Part shown: positions 10,385 to 22,615 of the stretch, piece after piece
Layout: every line of letters begins with the position of its first letter
Position numbering within the stretch: position 1 is the first letter of the stretch
From: Gordius albopunctatus
Taxonomy: Eukaryota
Assembly: GCA_964276515.1 (NCBI GenBank)
Contig: OZ193909.1
Location: forward strand, 16,182,001 to 16,246,000
Direction: 5' to 3'
Length of the DNA: 64,000 nt
Made by a program: the position numbers and the translations under genes
Notes under the pieces: generated by a model
The model's database searches: none
What the model was told of the DNA's origin: nothing
What the model saw: the letters and a program-made list of their open reading frames with translations, nothing else

Positions 10385-13300
10385 ATGAATTCGAGTTCCT
10401 CACTCGCGCCGGTAAGCAATGGGTCTTCTTCGAATCCAACTTCGCCCGCACAATGTCGAAAAAGAAATTGTCCTCCCACCTTGCCCCCTCCTTTCCCTCA
10501 CGCTGCCTGGACCGTGGGTTTATTATCGGGCCACGGACGTTACCTAACTGCCGAGGCATTCGGCCACAAACTTAACATGAGCGGAACGATTTTGAAGAAA
10601 AAACAATTTTGGACCTTGATCCAAGAAATTGTTAGTTCGACGACCGGCCAGAATTATAATCCGTTAGATGGCGATTCCTCACATTCGCCCGCCATTTATT
10701 TACGATCGTCCCAAGATCGTTATCTATCGATAGATAAGTCAGGTAACGTGCATTGCACGGCGGAAACCCCGGGTCCCGAACAAAAGTTTGCCTTGATTTT
10801 TAACTCTCAGCACGGTTCTTTTCACATCTTCAGCCTGGCTCATTCCTATTACTTATCCGCCGGCCGACCACAAGTTAATAGTACTAACTCGAAAGGAGGA
10901 ACTTCGCAAGACGATTTTATACTGAGGGGCGTCAATAAACCGGCTCCCAACCCTGATGCTTCCGAATTTTGGAGCCTGCAATTACACGTTCACCCACCCG
11001 CCATCAATCTAAGGCACACTAATAGAGAACGCTACGCGCGGATTAATGGAGACTTGGCCATGGCTACAGAAGCCTTGCCTTGGGGTCCAGAAGCTTTATT
11101 TACCCTAGAAATAACGAATTCTTTATTACCTATCCCCCAAACTGGCCCCACGACAACTACTTACGCTCTCAAAACGGAGGCTGGAACCTATGTGGGGCCC
11201 GATGGAACACTCTCTTCAGACCCGACTCGTGCACAATATACCCTCTTTTTTGTACAGGGCAATTTAGCTTTGCGAGATAGCACGGGTAGCGCAAAATTTT
11301 TATCTGCAGTGGGGAATGATGGTGTCCTTAAATGTAAACGGGACGTGGTGAGCAAAGAAGAACTATGGACCGTCACCGGTTCTTATCCACAAATTTACTT
11401 CGTGGCGCCCAACGATAAATTTGTATCCGCTCAAAGGGGTAACTCGTTATTAAAAATATAGCATAGTACTAAATACTAATCATTAGATCACGGTCGTAGC
11501 CAGCATTGGGATTAGGGGGGGGGCAATAATGATTTAGGGAGGGGCAAAATGATCATTATTTGGGATTTTAGCAATAATTTTAATAAATATCAATAATTTT
11601 TTGGATTTCCCTTGTCTACGCCCATATAGTATTCATTTAGGGTATATATCTATTTTGAGTTTTATAATTTTTACTTAATAAAAATAATTTAGAGTTTTTG
11701 GGACACCGATGAATTTAATTAAGTTTGATTTTCAATTATTAATTACCGAAATTTATTAAGTGTAAGTAAATTATTTATAATATTTAGCGTTTTAATTAAG
11801 ATTTAACGAAGAATAATTATCAATAAAATTTCTAAAAATCACTTAAGCGGATCAGCATACTAGGTTAACATACTAAAATTATGAAATGTTTTTTTTTCTT
11901 TAAAGAAAATATATTTTATTTATATAATTCTAATCTCGAGTTTCTTTTTCATTAGATCTATCAGTTAAAAATTTGATATATTCTAATTTTTGTAATAAAC
12001 ATCTCTTTTCGATCTTTTAATGGACGAGTGTTTATAACTTGACAAATACAGTATAGACGATGCAATTAAACATTGTGATGGGCGTGGTGAGGAGCAAACT
12101 GATCATTTTTCAGATTTTAACCATAATTACAACGAATTTTAGGATTTAGGGGAGGGCAGCCGCCCCTCCCTGCCCCCCCCCCCTCCCTTGGCTACGTCCA
12201 TGAACATTGTGATGATCGTTATATAAATTTATTTTGTAAATCTGTTACCACCAGGATTAGATATAGCAGCGAATCAGGATGAAAAGACGGAAAGTGAAAC
12301 TTTTCAATTGGAAAATGATGCCAGTGGAAAATTTTGGAGGTTTAGAACTATCACGGATAAGTATTGGTCAACTGGGGATAACGGTGGTATACAAATTTCC
12401 CAAGATGCCGCGTAATTTATTTATTTACTTAATTTATTTTTTATTTCATTTTTCTCATTAAAATTATTTTGTTTTTTTAAGAGAATAAAATTGGGAAGTT
12501 ATAAATAATAAAGTTATACACATAGACTAGCTCATCAACGCACAAAATGTGTGCTCTTTTTCCACCATTTTGAAAGGCACATTGTAAAGTGGTAATCATA
12601 TAGAACTTCGTAATTTTCGCAAATTAAATAATCTTAAAAAGGTAATTGACAGCATTTTAAAATAAATATCATTTTAAAAATACATAAAAATTAAGAATGT
12701 AAAAAATGCGATTAAAGTTTGTTTAATAATATAGCGCCATCAATATTAACTGCTATTTTCTATAATATTAATTTATTGACGTTCGTTTTAATTTATAAAC
12801 TAGTGAGGAAGGTAAATTGACTGTTATAGGGCAAAATTACATGGGGTTTAAAATACACCAGTTGCACACTTCAAAATGGAGGAAAATTCGACACACAATT
12901 AGCAATATGCAACATATGGCACGAGCAGTCTATCTATATTTAGTCTATGGTTATACATATTCCAAATAAATATCAATGTTTTCCACGAACGGGCTCGGGC
13001 AGGCCTGAAAATTTTCAAAACGGGTACGGGCGGGCCCGCCTTCTAACGGCCTATTGCAGTTCTGGATTATACATAACCCTTAATTAAATATCCACCAAAT
13101 CGATTGCTGGGGATATCCTATTATCTGTAAAATCGCAAAAAATTTTTTAAAATTTTTTAATGGGCGCGGTCTAACGGGCTGATCTTGGTAGGGGGCCGGG
13201 TTTGAAGTGCACAAAATGAATTTTTCTAAATGGGTACTGATGGGCCGACCTCCTAAAAACGGGCCTTTGTATATTTCTAAGAGGTTTATAATTTTTTTAG

Positions 13301-16300
13301 TGCCACGATAGCAAAAAAATTACTATAATCTATCGGAAATCGTGAAATATAAAATTTTAACTTTTTAAGCTGCCTATAAAGTTAAAATCGAAAAATCAGA
13401 AAAACTATTAATTATTTCGTTCTTTACGAATTTCTCTGGGCTATGATTTATATCGCTCACACTTGAAGGGGGTCCCGGTTTTAAGTAATAAGAAATACTT
13501 GCAGTCAATTAAAAATCACACTTGTTTAATTGAAATATTTTTTACAGGCTTTTATACTCAATTATATCAATTTTGTATTAATTATATATAACCTCATGTA
13601 TTTTAGAGTTTATGAATATAAAACATGGATTTTTAAATTGGGTTGGCTGCAGTTTAAAATTGTACTACGAAGGGCTGGTTCTTAATAAAATTTAAATTAT
13701 TATGCTTTACACATTTTAATTTTAAACAAGGCGTCATATGCAGGATAGTTCGGACAAATGCCTACAGAAATTTTATATTTACTGAAAATCTCTCATTTTT
13801 AAAGAATAAAAATTTTAAAATGTGAGAAAGCGTTAAGGAAAATCGGTCTTTTGGAGCTCGGCAGCTGCTCCTTCATTGGACCTTATATGTTGATTTTTTG
13901 TCATCCGATTGATTTATTAGAAGTTACAAACATTATAAAAATAGACATAGTATATAAAAACGAATAACATATATATATAAATGAAAGTACGAATGCATCA
14001 CATGTTTTATCCTCCAGAGGCCGCCAGCTATCGGCCAGGGATTTGAAATTGTATTTCGCAATAAGGATGCCAATTTTTTTGTTAAAGTAAAAGGTTGGGA
14101 GAATACTTGGAAATTTGGCAATGTCTGCAGATTTCTTTAAAAAGTTAATCGCTCTTAGTGCAAGAGTCGCTGACCAGGAGGCTACAATGGGGGTGAAAAT
14201 ATCGGCTGGGAGGAGGGCCTGATATTTGGCAGTCACGTGGTCCTCTGCAAGACATAGAGCAGTATAATTTTTGTTGGAGGGGGCGAAAATGTCTATACAG
14301 GTTAAATCTCATTTAAGGGGTAGACCATTTTGCCAGGGGATGAAAGTTGAGCCGTCAGGTCGAATTTTTCCTTCCAGCGAAGGGTCAGAAGGCTCTAGGA
14401 CCGAATGGAGTAGGGGAGCTCTAGATGCTCCAATATCAGTCCAGAAAGTGAAGTAAGATAAGCTTCTAGCCACTTATGACCCGATCCATCAAAAACCAAG
14501 GACTTTAGGTTGCAGTGCTGGCATCGGAGCGTGATACGAGGCGAGCATCTCAATCTTTTTGTATAGAGGCTATAGGGAATGGGGTCCCTGGGTTGACGTT
14601 TAAGGGCCAGACATCTAGAGCCTGCCCAATGGTTGGGTCTTTACATGGAGTTGTAAGTTTGGTGATTAAGTTATGGACGGATTTAAAGGAAGAGATGAAA
14701 GCTGTCAATGAGATGGATGCACCCGGGTGCATACCTAAACCGCCGGCTTTAGTGGGTAAAGCGGCTTAGAGCCAGGAGATATCTTATGCATAGCGATGTT
14801 TTGACGCAGGCCCGCAATTTTTTATAGAGGGAGAAATGGCGTAAAAATTGCATAGCAATTAATGTTTATATAAGCCGAGCTGAATTAATATGAAGCAAAG
14901 TTCTTTAAAAAACAATAATTAAGAAATTGTCATTAGTATGGTCGCTTTCTATTTCATTCAAACTCATGTGCTTATTGGTAGGATCCTAACTTTTATCCTT
15001 AATTTGCTACTCTTCTAATTTTTATAATCTGCTTTTATAATTGCTACTCATCCTAATTTATATTAACAGCGGCAATCGGGTATCCTTCAAGATAAATAAT
15101 ATATTTTAGATATAAATAATGTAAAAAGCTCATTCTTTCAGTACAAAATGCCTTTTGGCAATATGGTTTTCACATTATAAAAGCCTAGCTATTATATACT
15201 AATGGAATTTTTTTTATCATAGGGCATTCAACTCCAAATTCAAAGGGCTATCCTTAAAAAACAAGTAAATTTCTATAAAAAATAATAATTAAAAAATATT
15301 ATTTCTTAACTAAATTTATGCAACTAAAATTTATTTTAGGTCAGAAGACACTGATAAAACGTTATACGAAATAACCTGGTTGCCCAATCGTCGGGTTGGA
15401 ATCAAGGCGGTCTCCAACAACAAATATATTACCATCAAAATAAACAGGCACCTATTTGCTACCTCGTCAGAACTAGGTTTGTTATTTTGTAGCGCATTTT
15501 ATATCTAATCTACATTTTTTGAACGCAGTGTAGACTAGAGATCTGCACGGGCCTAAAAGCCCGGCCCGCGGGCGGGTACGAACCTGCTTTTTATCATTAA
15601 AATTTCAACGGGCCGGGCCCGGCCGGGCTTAATTAATAGAAAGGGCTCGGTCGGCCCTGAGATTTTTTAACGGACTTGAACGGGCCTGACGTTTAATAAA
15701 CGGCCATGTAATTACAAAGGTTTTTAAAAGTTAGACAATTATATAAAAACATATGATTTTTATTAAATATATAGATTATTAATTGCTCTATTTTCTTAAG
15801 CTCTAATTTTTGTATATCCTGTAGTATTAATTCCTTTTTAAAGCGCTAAATTTAACTTTAAAACATTTTTATTCTATTTGCTATAGTTTTTGTTTACATA
15901 ATTTAAGATTATAGCTTCGTATTTTCTTTTATAACAATGCACCAAAACTTTTGTGTTTAATTTTATCACAAATTTACTGGTATAATTATTATTAGGGCTA
16001 TATAATTTAATAAATTTTTTTTTCTAATCTAATGATAATTAGGTGTATTAACTGATATAAATTAATCAAATAAATGTAAACTTCTTATTTAAAATTGAAT
16101 ACTCTTATTTAATTTTATTAAAGTTTTTTAATTTAATGTTATTACTGAATTCTAACTTCTTTGTTTATTAACTTAAATTAATTAAATAAAAGTAAATTGT
16201 TGAAAGTTGAATATTCTCATATAATTTTAAAGTAATTTAATGATAGTACTATATTGAAATTTTTTAGGTGTAATAAATGCAGAAATAATTGAAAATTTAT

Positions 16301-17654
16301 TATTTTTACATGATAATTATTGATGTTATGAATATGTCAGCAAATAAAATAAAATTTTGTGAAATTTTTGATAAAGTTGCTTATATATGAGGATAATTTA
16401 CTATATCAAGTATAATGGTTTTGAAGAAAACCTATTTGGCTTATTTGTTTATCGTAGTTGCAGGTGCGAATATTTAGGAGTAACTTTTGCTCACTCAAAA
16501 TTTGATTTTTATTAAAAGTATGCTAAATTATTAAATTAAAAACTAAGCTTATAATTAAATCAAGTTCAATATGCCCCATTAAAAAATTACTCATTTAAGC
16601 CTGTTTTATGTATTTAGTTGTTTCTATAGCATTATTCAGGCTATGATATTAACCTGATTTTAAAACAAAAAAGGTTAAAACTTTATTGTAAAATTTGTTA
16701 GAAAATCTTGTTGACTTGATACTTTAAATTTCATTTGATTTTTTACAGGAGAACGAGAAAGTTTTAAACTTTTGCTCGCGAATAGATCTTTTATCGTTAT
16801 TCACGGAGCGGAAGGTTACGTAGGCGAAAATAAAGCGATTGAAGGACCCTTGGATACTGGCAAAAATTATTGCGAACCGACCTATATTCAACAAGCAGCA
16901 TTCGATACTTACTATTTTAAAAGTAATTCAGCATCTTAATTTCTAGGGCGTAAAAATAGGACAAGGAATCGCGGTTAGACTGCCCTTTATAATTTAATAT
17001 TCCACCTACTTTGGTTTAATATTGATATATTTTGTGTCCCTAATCTAAAAATTGCCTTAACTAATATAATTTCATAATTCTAATGAGCTTGTTATACAAT
17101 ATTATTGCGACTAAAACTTTGATCTCATAAAACTACAGCTGATGAATTTTTCCCTAATGTATATATAACCTTTTTCAATCATGTGGCTTTTATTTCTCAA
17201 CCTTTAGTAATACAATTTTAATTCTTAGTTACATATTAATATGAATGCAATAAGCAGGTCATAGATGTAACAAGTAATTTATAGAACGTCAAATATTATA
17301 GTAATAACTTTGTTGAAAACATACAAAGTCATAATTTTATTGAAAATGCTTAGTGTTAGTGTGCAAAGTTCAATTTTATTAAAACTTAAAAGGGTATAAA
17401 GATATCATTAATTTTTTTATCTATTATAAAAAGCCGTGAGCGGTCTATATTGGCGTCTGAATGAAAATAACATGCAAGTTACCGTGGCTAACTCAACGCA
17501 AGGCGAACAACTCCAGGCATTTTTTATAATTTTCAAAGAACGCTCCAAAATTATAATCCAAGCCCCAAACGGAAACTATTTAAAATTAGGTGCTGGGAAA
17601 AAATTAGAAGCTTCAGAGTCCGATCCAAATCATGCAGTTGTCTGGAATATCTAA
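10385..17654 (+). CDS. sn: Fascin / singed actin-bundling protein
   Basis: Phase-compatible exons 10385-11438, 12255-12411, 15340-15476, 16749-16922, 17434-17654. Motifs WTVGL..RYLTAEAFG..LKKKQFWTL, PWGPEALFTL, KFVSAQRGLDIAANQDE..ETFQLE, LANR, YYFK..YW, QAPNGNYL. Confidence 0.95.
11489..11626. mobile_element. catggg-family MITE in fascin intron 1
   Basis: cacggtcgtagccag ... tgtctacgcccata with the family interior. Confidence 0.7.
12077..12202. mobile_element. catggg-family hAT MITE
   Basis: 8-bp TSD aacattgt; right TIR ggctacgtccatg. Confidence 0.8.
12521..12949. mobile_element. hAT-type MITE (catagacta TIR)
   Basis: TIRs catagacta / tagtctatg; perfect 8-bp TSD gttataca; internal inverted similarity. 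Confidence 0.85.
13893..14790 (-). mobile_element. 5'-truncated CRE-like (RLE) non-LTR retrotransposon, pseudogenised
   Basis: Translates to LPTKAGGLG..AFISSFKSVHNL and EPSDPSLEGKIRPDGSTFIPWQNG..DLTCID (PD-D/ExK endonuclease); AATAAA and A-tail on the minus strand; similar to 18680-20875. Confidence 0.8.
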
Positions 17655-18120
17655 TTAATTGAACGCCATTACTTATCGCATACACTCACACATCTATTTG
17701 TGGATTGTGGTCAAAATTGAATGTATCGTAGTATTATAATAACTTTGGGTATCATTATTGTTTTAATAATTCCTCTAATATTCGATCGCTGTTTTTTTAA
17801 TCAAAAAGAATCGCCCTTTAATTCTGCACCAGAAATATGTCATTATAATTGTTTTCATCAATTGTTTGTCTGTCCAAGTAACATTTTCCGCCTAATCGCT
17901 TATATATTTTGGCTATATAAAGCGACCGCTTTAATACAACATACGTGGTTATATATATTAATGTTATTTGTAAAAGTAGTTTGATCTATTGTTAACAAAT
18001 AACAGCCATAATAAGGTTATCTCATAAAATCGCATCTCATTGACGTTTTAAACACGATTATGATTTTAATGTATAGTGTAATTAGAACTTGTCCCTATTA
18101 AATATCCACTCTATCTATTT

Positions 18121-18632
18121 CGTTTCTGTTCAAAAATAAAGCTCTCCAAAAAAGCTGATCAGAAAAAAAGTAAATAAAAAATCTAGACCCTAAAATGTAC
18201 TTGATGTCTTATGAGGAGTATGTCGCATAGCAAATTTGAAAATAAAATTTAAATATTGAATATATAAAAATGGGTTAGATATTCAAAAATAGAATTTTTA
18301 AAAATAAGATCTAATAATTAGATTTATTAATAAGATATCTAAAAATAGTATAGATATTAAAAAATGGGATATTCAAAAATAGTGGGAAAACTTCCGTTAG
18401 AAGGTTAAATCTAAATTGCGAAATAATCTTAAATCCATGGATTAATCTAAATTGCCGGAGAATACGTTTAAATTCTCAATTAGATATTCTGCACTATACG
18501 CAGAAATTGCCAAATATTCTAAATTTACATTAGATTGTATGCACTATACGTCGAAATTGCCAAAGTTCCTATTTGTTTATTAGCTTTTTTCTGATCAGCT
18601 TTTTATTTGAAGAGCTTTTTTTGAATAAGAAT
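18121..18632. mobile_element. Non-autonomous TIR element with long imperfect TIRs
   Basis: ttcaaaaa..aagctctccaaa..aaagctgatcagaaaaaag mirrored at the right end; flanking direct repeat atctattt; internal tandem repeats (agatattcaaaaatag; tgcactatacg..gaaattgccaaa x2). Confidence 0.7.
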
Positions 18633-19340
18633 CATCTATTTATATAAAAATAATATCAAAAATCATACATTTTTAAAAAATGTGAAATCTTTCAGGCCCC
18701 CAAAACTATTGACTTTCCAATTTATGAAAGTTTTTTAGTTTTAGAGAGAGAAAACACATCCCTTTTGACAATTGGCGGTGAAAAATCTCTCTTAAATTTT
18801 CTTCATAAGAACCTCGAAATTTTAAAATCTAAAACGGAACTTTTAAAATGCTTGCCTGCGCATCACTTTTTACATAATCAAAATCTATTTTAAGATATCA
18901 AAGATTAATCATTGTTTTCGCTCATCTGGCGCATTTTTACACCCAGAAGTTTTAGAGTGGTACGAGGGCTTTTTAAAAACTTTATTAGACAAATTTTAAA
19001 ATTTAATACTAAAAATGGGATTCAAGCATCTCTCCCATCCAAATCTGGAGGATTAGGAATTCGTCCTCCAGGCAGCATATCGCTAGCTGCTTTTATTTCC
19101 TCCTTTAAGTCGGTTCATAACTTAATTTTTAATCTCACAAAACATGATTCCGACCCTCTGCTAACTCAAGCCTTGGAGCTTTGGAATTTGAATGTCACAC
19201 CCGAGACCATTCAACCTCAAAGTAGGAGACAAAATGATTAAGATTCTGGACTAGTATCGCGCTCCGTTGATTACCTTTTATCGAGAAGCGATGATAGCCA
19301 GCATTACAACCTTAGGTCTCTTGCTTTTGATGGTTCAGAT

Positions 19341-19786
19341 CAGAGGTGAGATTTGTTAGAATTTTTCTGCCCGAACCCGGCCAGATTTTATAATTAATCT
19401 GCCCGCCCGAGCCCGCCGAACCCTTCTATGTGTCCGCCCGGCAATGCTCGAATTATCCGAGCTGCCCGAACTTCCCGGCCCGAAATGGTGTATTTTAAAA
19501 TTTTTAGCACTAATATCGTTTTATTTTTGAAAAATTTTATCTTAATTTTAGATTTTTTTTAAATGAAAACTAGGATTAACAAACATCATGAAATCAATTA
19601 AAAAGTGGTAAAATATACACAAAAACAATATAATACATTATTTAAAAACAAAAATGAGCCCGAATGGCCCGAATCTTGTTATGGTGCCCGCTCAGGCCCG
19701 CCCGAACGTTAATATTTATGACAGTTACCCGGCCCGAGGGCCGGGCGGGTAGGTTTGGGCAGCGGGCCGGGCAAATCTGGTCTCTG
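19341..19786. mobile_element. hAT-type MITE (cagaggt.agatttg TIR)
   Basis: TIRs cagaggtgagatttg / caaatctggtctctg; TSD gttcagat / gttctgat. Removing it restores the CRE frame DGSDQEWL. Confidence 0.88.
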
Positions 19787-20060
19787 GTTCTGATCAAGAG
19801 TGGCTTGAAGCCTATCCCAGCAAACTTTTGGGAATGCTGCTCGAAGACTTTGAGCTATCATATTCCATAGCTTTAAGGTTGGGGATCAATTATAGCAGAG
19901 AATTCAATTGTCGAAACTGTCTTACCATTGTAGATGAATATGCTAGGCACCCTCTACACTGCCTAGCAAACAAATATAAATATGTTAGGCACACTAAAGC
20001 TAATTTATTAATTCAAGCTGCCCTTAAAAAGGCAAAAACCCCCTCAATCATTGAGCCGTC

Positions 20061-20435
20061 TAGGGATGCGGAAAAACAGAGAAAAATCTCGGTCTCGTCT
20101 CGTCTCGAAAAACCGAAACGAGACGAGATTTTGAAAAATTGAGTCGAGATCGAGACGAGAACAAGTAGTATATATATAACACCTCCAATAATGCTTCCTA
20201 CCTTAAGATGCCCATCTGGTTTGTGTTTTGGGGTTCGAGATAAAAAATTGGTTCCATTATGAGCAATTTATATCTTATATAATAATTTATAAGAGTCAGA
20301 AAAAAATATATGGTATAATTATTTTTAAAAGTCGAGACGAGATCGAGATTTTTCTAGACCGAGACGAGATTTTAATAATTGCACCCGATACGAGACGATA
20401 TTTTTCTTTCGAGACCGAGACAAGATCGCACACTA
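20061..20435. mobile_element. hAT-type MITE with cgaga/tctcg subterminal repeats
   Basis: Ends tagggatgcg ... atcgcacacta; TSD gagccgtc / gagccttc. Removing it restores IIEPSDPSL. Same family as 32860-39013. Confidence 0.88.
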
Positions 20436-21009
20436 GAGCCTTCAGATCCCTCTCTTGAAGGTATGATGCGCCTTTACGGCTCTTCTCTAGTTCCCTGGCA
20501 AAATGGCCTATCCATCAAATGGGATTTTACTTGTATTGACCTATTTACCCCTTCCCATTTTAATTACGACCCTATCGCTACAGCAGAAGGGCGTAAAACT
20601 ACAAAGTACTCTGCCCTTTTGGCAAACAGGCAATGGGGTTTTTTTAAAGAAATCGGAAAACGCTCACTGAAATATAAAATTTCTGCGTCCTTTTTACTCG
20701 GGCAACAACTAGGGATTCTTGTACGATACAACTTTAAATCCTTTACCGATTCATGACCCAATTTAGAAGATAATGATATAGATCTTTGTATTTAACCAAT
20801 ATGTTTTTATTTTTGTATTTTGTTTATTTATGTAACTTTGTTTCGTGAAAATAAACTTTTTAACCATTAAAAAAAGTTTGGGTTTATTAATGGTAGGTTT
20901 GGAATGGATTGACGAAAGTTTCATTCCATTAATTTACCTATACCATTAGAAAACACAATAGTTATATAATCATGCAACTTGCACTATTGTCCATTTTTCA
21001 TCTTTTTTA

Positions 21010-21992
21010 AGGCCCTAATAGAATGTTAATAAAGGATATGTATAGAAACGCAAAAACCAAAGTTGGACATCCAGTGGTACATCAAAGGAATTCAGTCTAA
21101 ATGTCGGTGTACATCAAGGATCGGCCCTAAGTCCATTGCTCTTCATAAAAATAATGGATTCGATAACGAAGGATCTGAAACGCGAATCACCGTGAGCAAT
21201 GCTCTTTGCGAATGATATCGTCCTGAGCGCAGGCTCAAACGTGGAATTAGCAGAGCAGATAAAAGTGTGGATAGAACGAATTGAAAGCAAAAGCCTTAGG
21301 ATCAACCGAGATAAAACGGTATATGTATGCTTGAGCCGGGGAATGAATACAAAGAAACACACCTGCAAATCGATGACTGGTGTTTAAGCAGCAGGAAAGA
21401 ATTCAAATATCTTGGTTCTAGGGTACAATGTGATGGAGGTGTGGAAAACGAAATTAAGGCAAGAATAAACGCAGGCTGGCTAAAATTCAGGGAATTGAGT
21501 GGTGTCCTATGTGACAAGCACATACCACTCAAATTGAAAGGACGGTTATATGACACCGTTATTGTATCCACGGTATTGTATGGAGCGGAAACCTGGAAAA
21601 TTAAGGCAAAAGAGGAGCAAAGCTTGGCTACAATGGAGATGCGAATGTTGAGATGGATCTTGGGAATAAGCAAAAAGGACCACATAAGGAATCAAGACAT
21701 AAGGGATAAACTAAATGTAGTTCCAATTCAGAGAAAGTAGGTGGTAAGAAGATTGAGATGGTGTGACCATTTGGATAGACGGGACGAAAGTCACTTGGCA
21801 AATCGTATCAAGAAAGTGCAAGTCGAAGGTAAGCGAAAGAGAGGGAGGCCCAAAATGACATGGAAGCATAAAATTGATATGGACCTGAGAAGGTACGAGC
21901 TAAAGCGAAGCTGGTGTAAGTGCAGGAATACATGGAGAACCTACTTGAAGGAGCTGACCACTAAATGTGACAAACAGCTATAGGAAAAAAAA
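21010..21992 (+). mobile_element. RTE-clade LINE, family A, 3' fragment
   Basis: HQGSALSPLLF, MLFA(N)DI, FKYLGS, LYGAETW, RRLRW..GKRKRGRP; A-tail. Confidence 0.92.
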
Positions 21993-22615
21993 TTACATTG
22001 CATATTAAATTTTTTTAAATGTTAACCTTTCTCTACTTTCAGTAGCAGAATTGTAATTTTCATCCTAATGCTTATATATATTTTCAATAATAAAATTATT
22101 ATTATAACATGCCATCAGCCTCCAACTAAAATTGCTTTTTTAAATCTTCTATTTTTTTTAAATTTGAAATATCAAAAATGGCATTAATTTATCCCAATTG
22201 TTTACTTAATTTAGGAATAATTATCAGAATTAATTAATAATCATACTTAGAGAAAATCCGTAAGAAAGGGGTTAGTCCTAAAATTAGGCTAAACTGGACG
22301 AGTTGATGCGTCTTATGTTGGGTGTATGACTGACTATAAGATTAACGAATTCTCTAGAAAAAATTATCAAATACGAGTTTAGCAACTTTTTATAAAAAGA
22401 TTGAGTATAATGTTAAGGCAAAAAACGATTATTTGTAAACAATAACAAATTAACAAACGCGATGTGCTGTTATGTTGCGCTCGGGAATAAAACGTTTAAG
22501 GAATGACTTTTTATTATTTACCACTTGGAATAGAGAATACATAGCCTAGGCCTACAAATATGAATACCAAATAATTTAAGGTTATTTGCTAACCTATCAA
22601 ATATTTAACAATTTA

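Larger units (their letters stand above)
18680..20875 (+). mobile_element. CRE-like RLE non-LTR retrotransposon fragment interrupted by two MITEs
   Basis: QASLPSKSGGLGIR, WL..YP, ALRLG..C..C..HPLHC..RH..N zinc knuckle, EP..PWQNG..WDFTCID; AATAAA and poly(A) at the 3' end. Confidence 0.85.
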
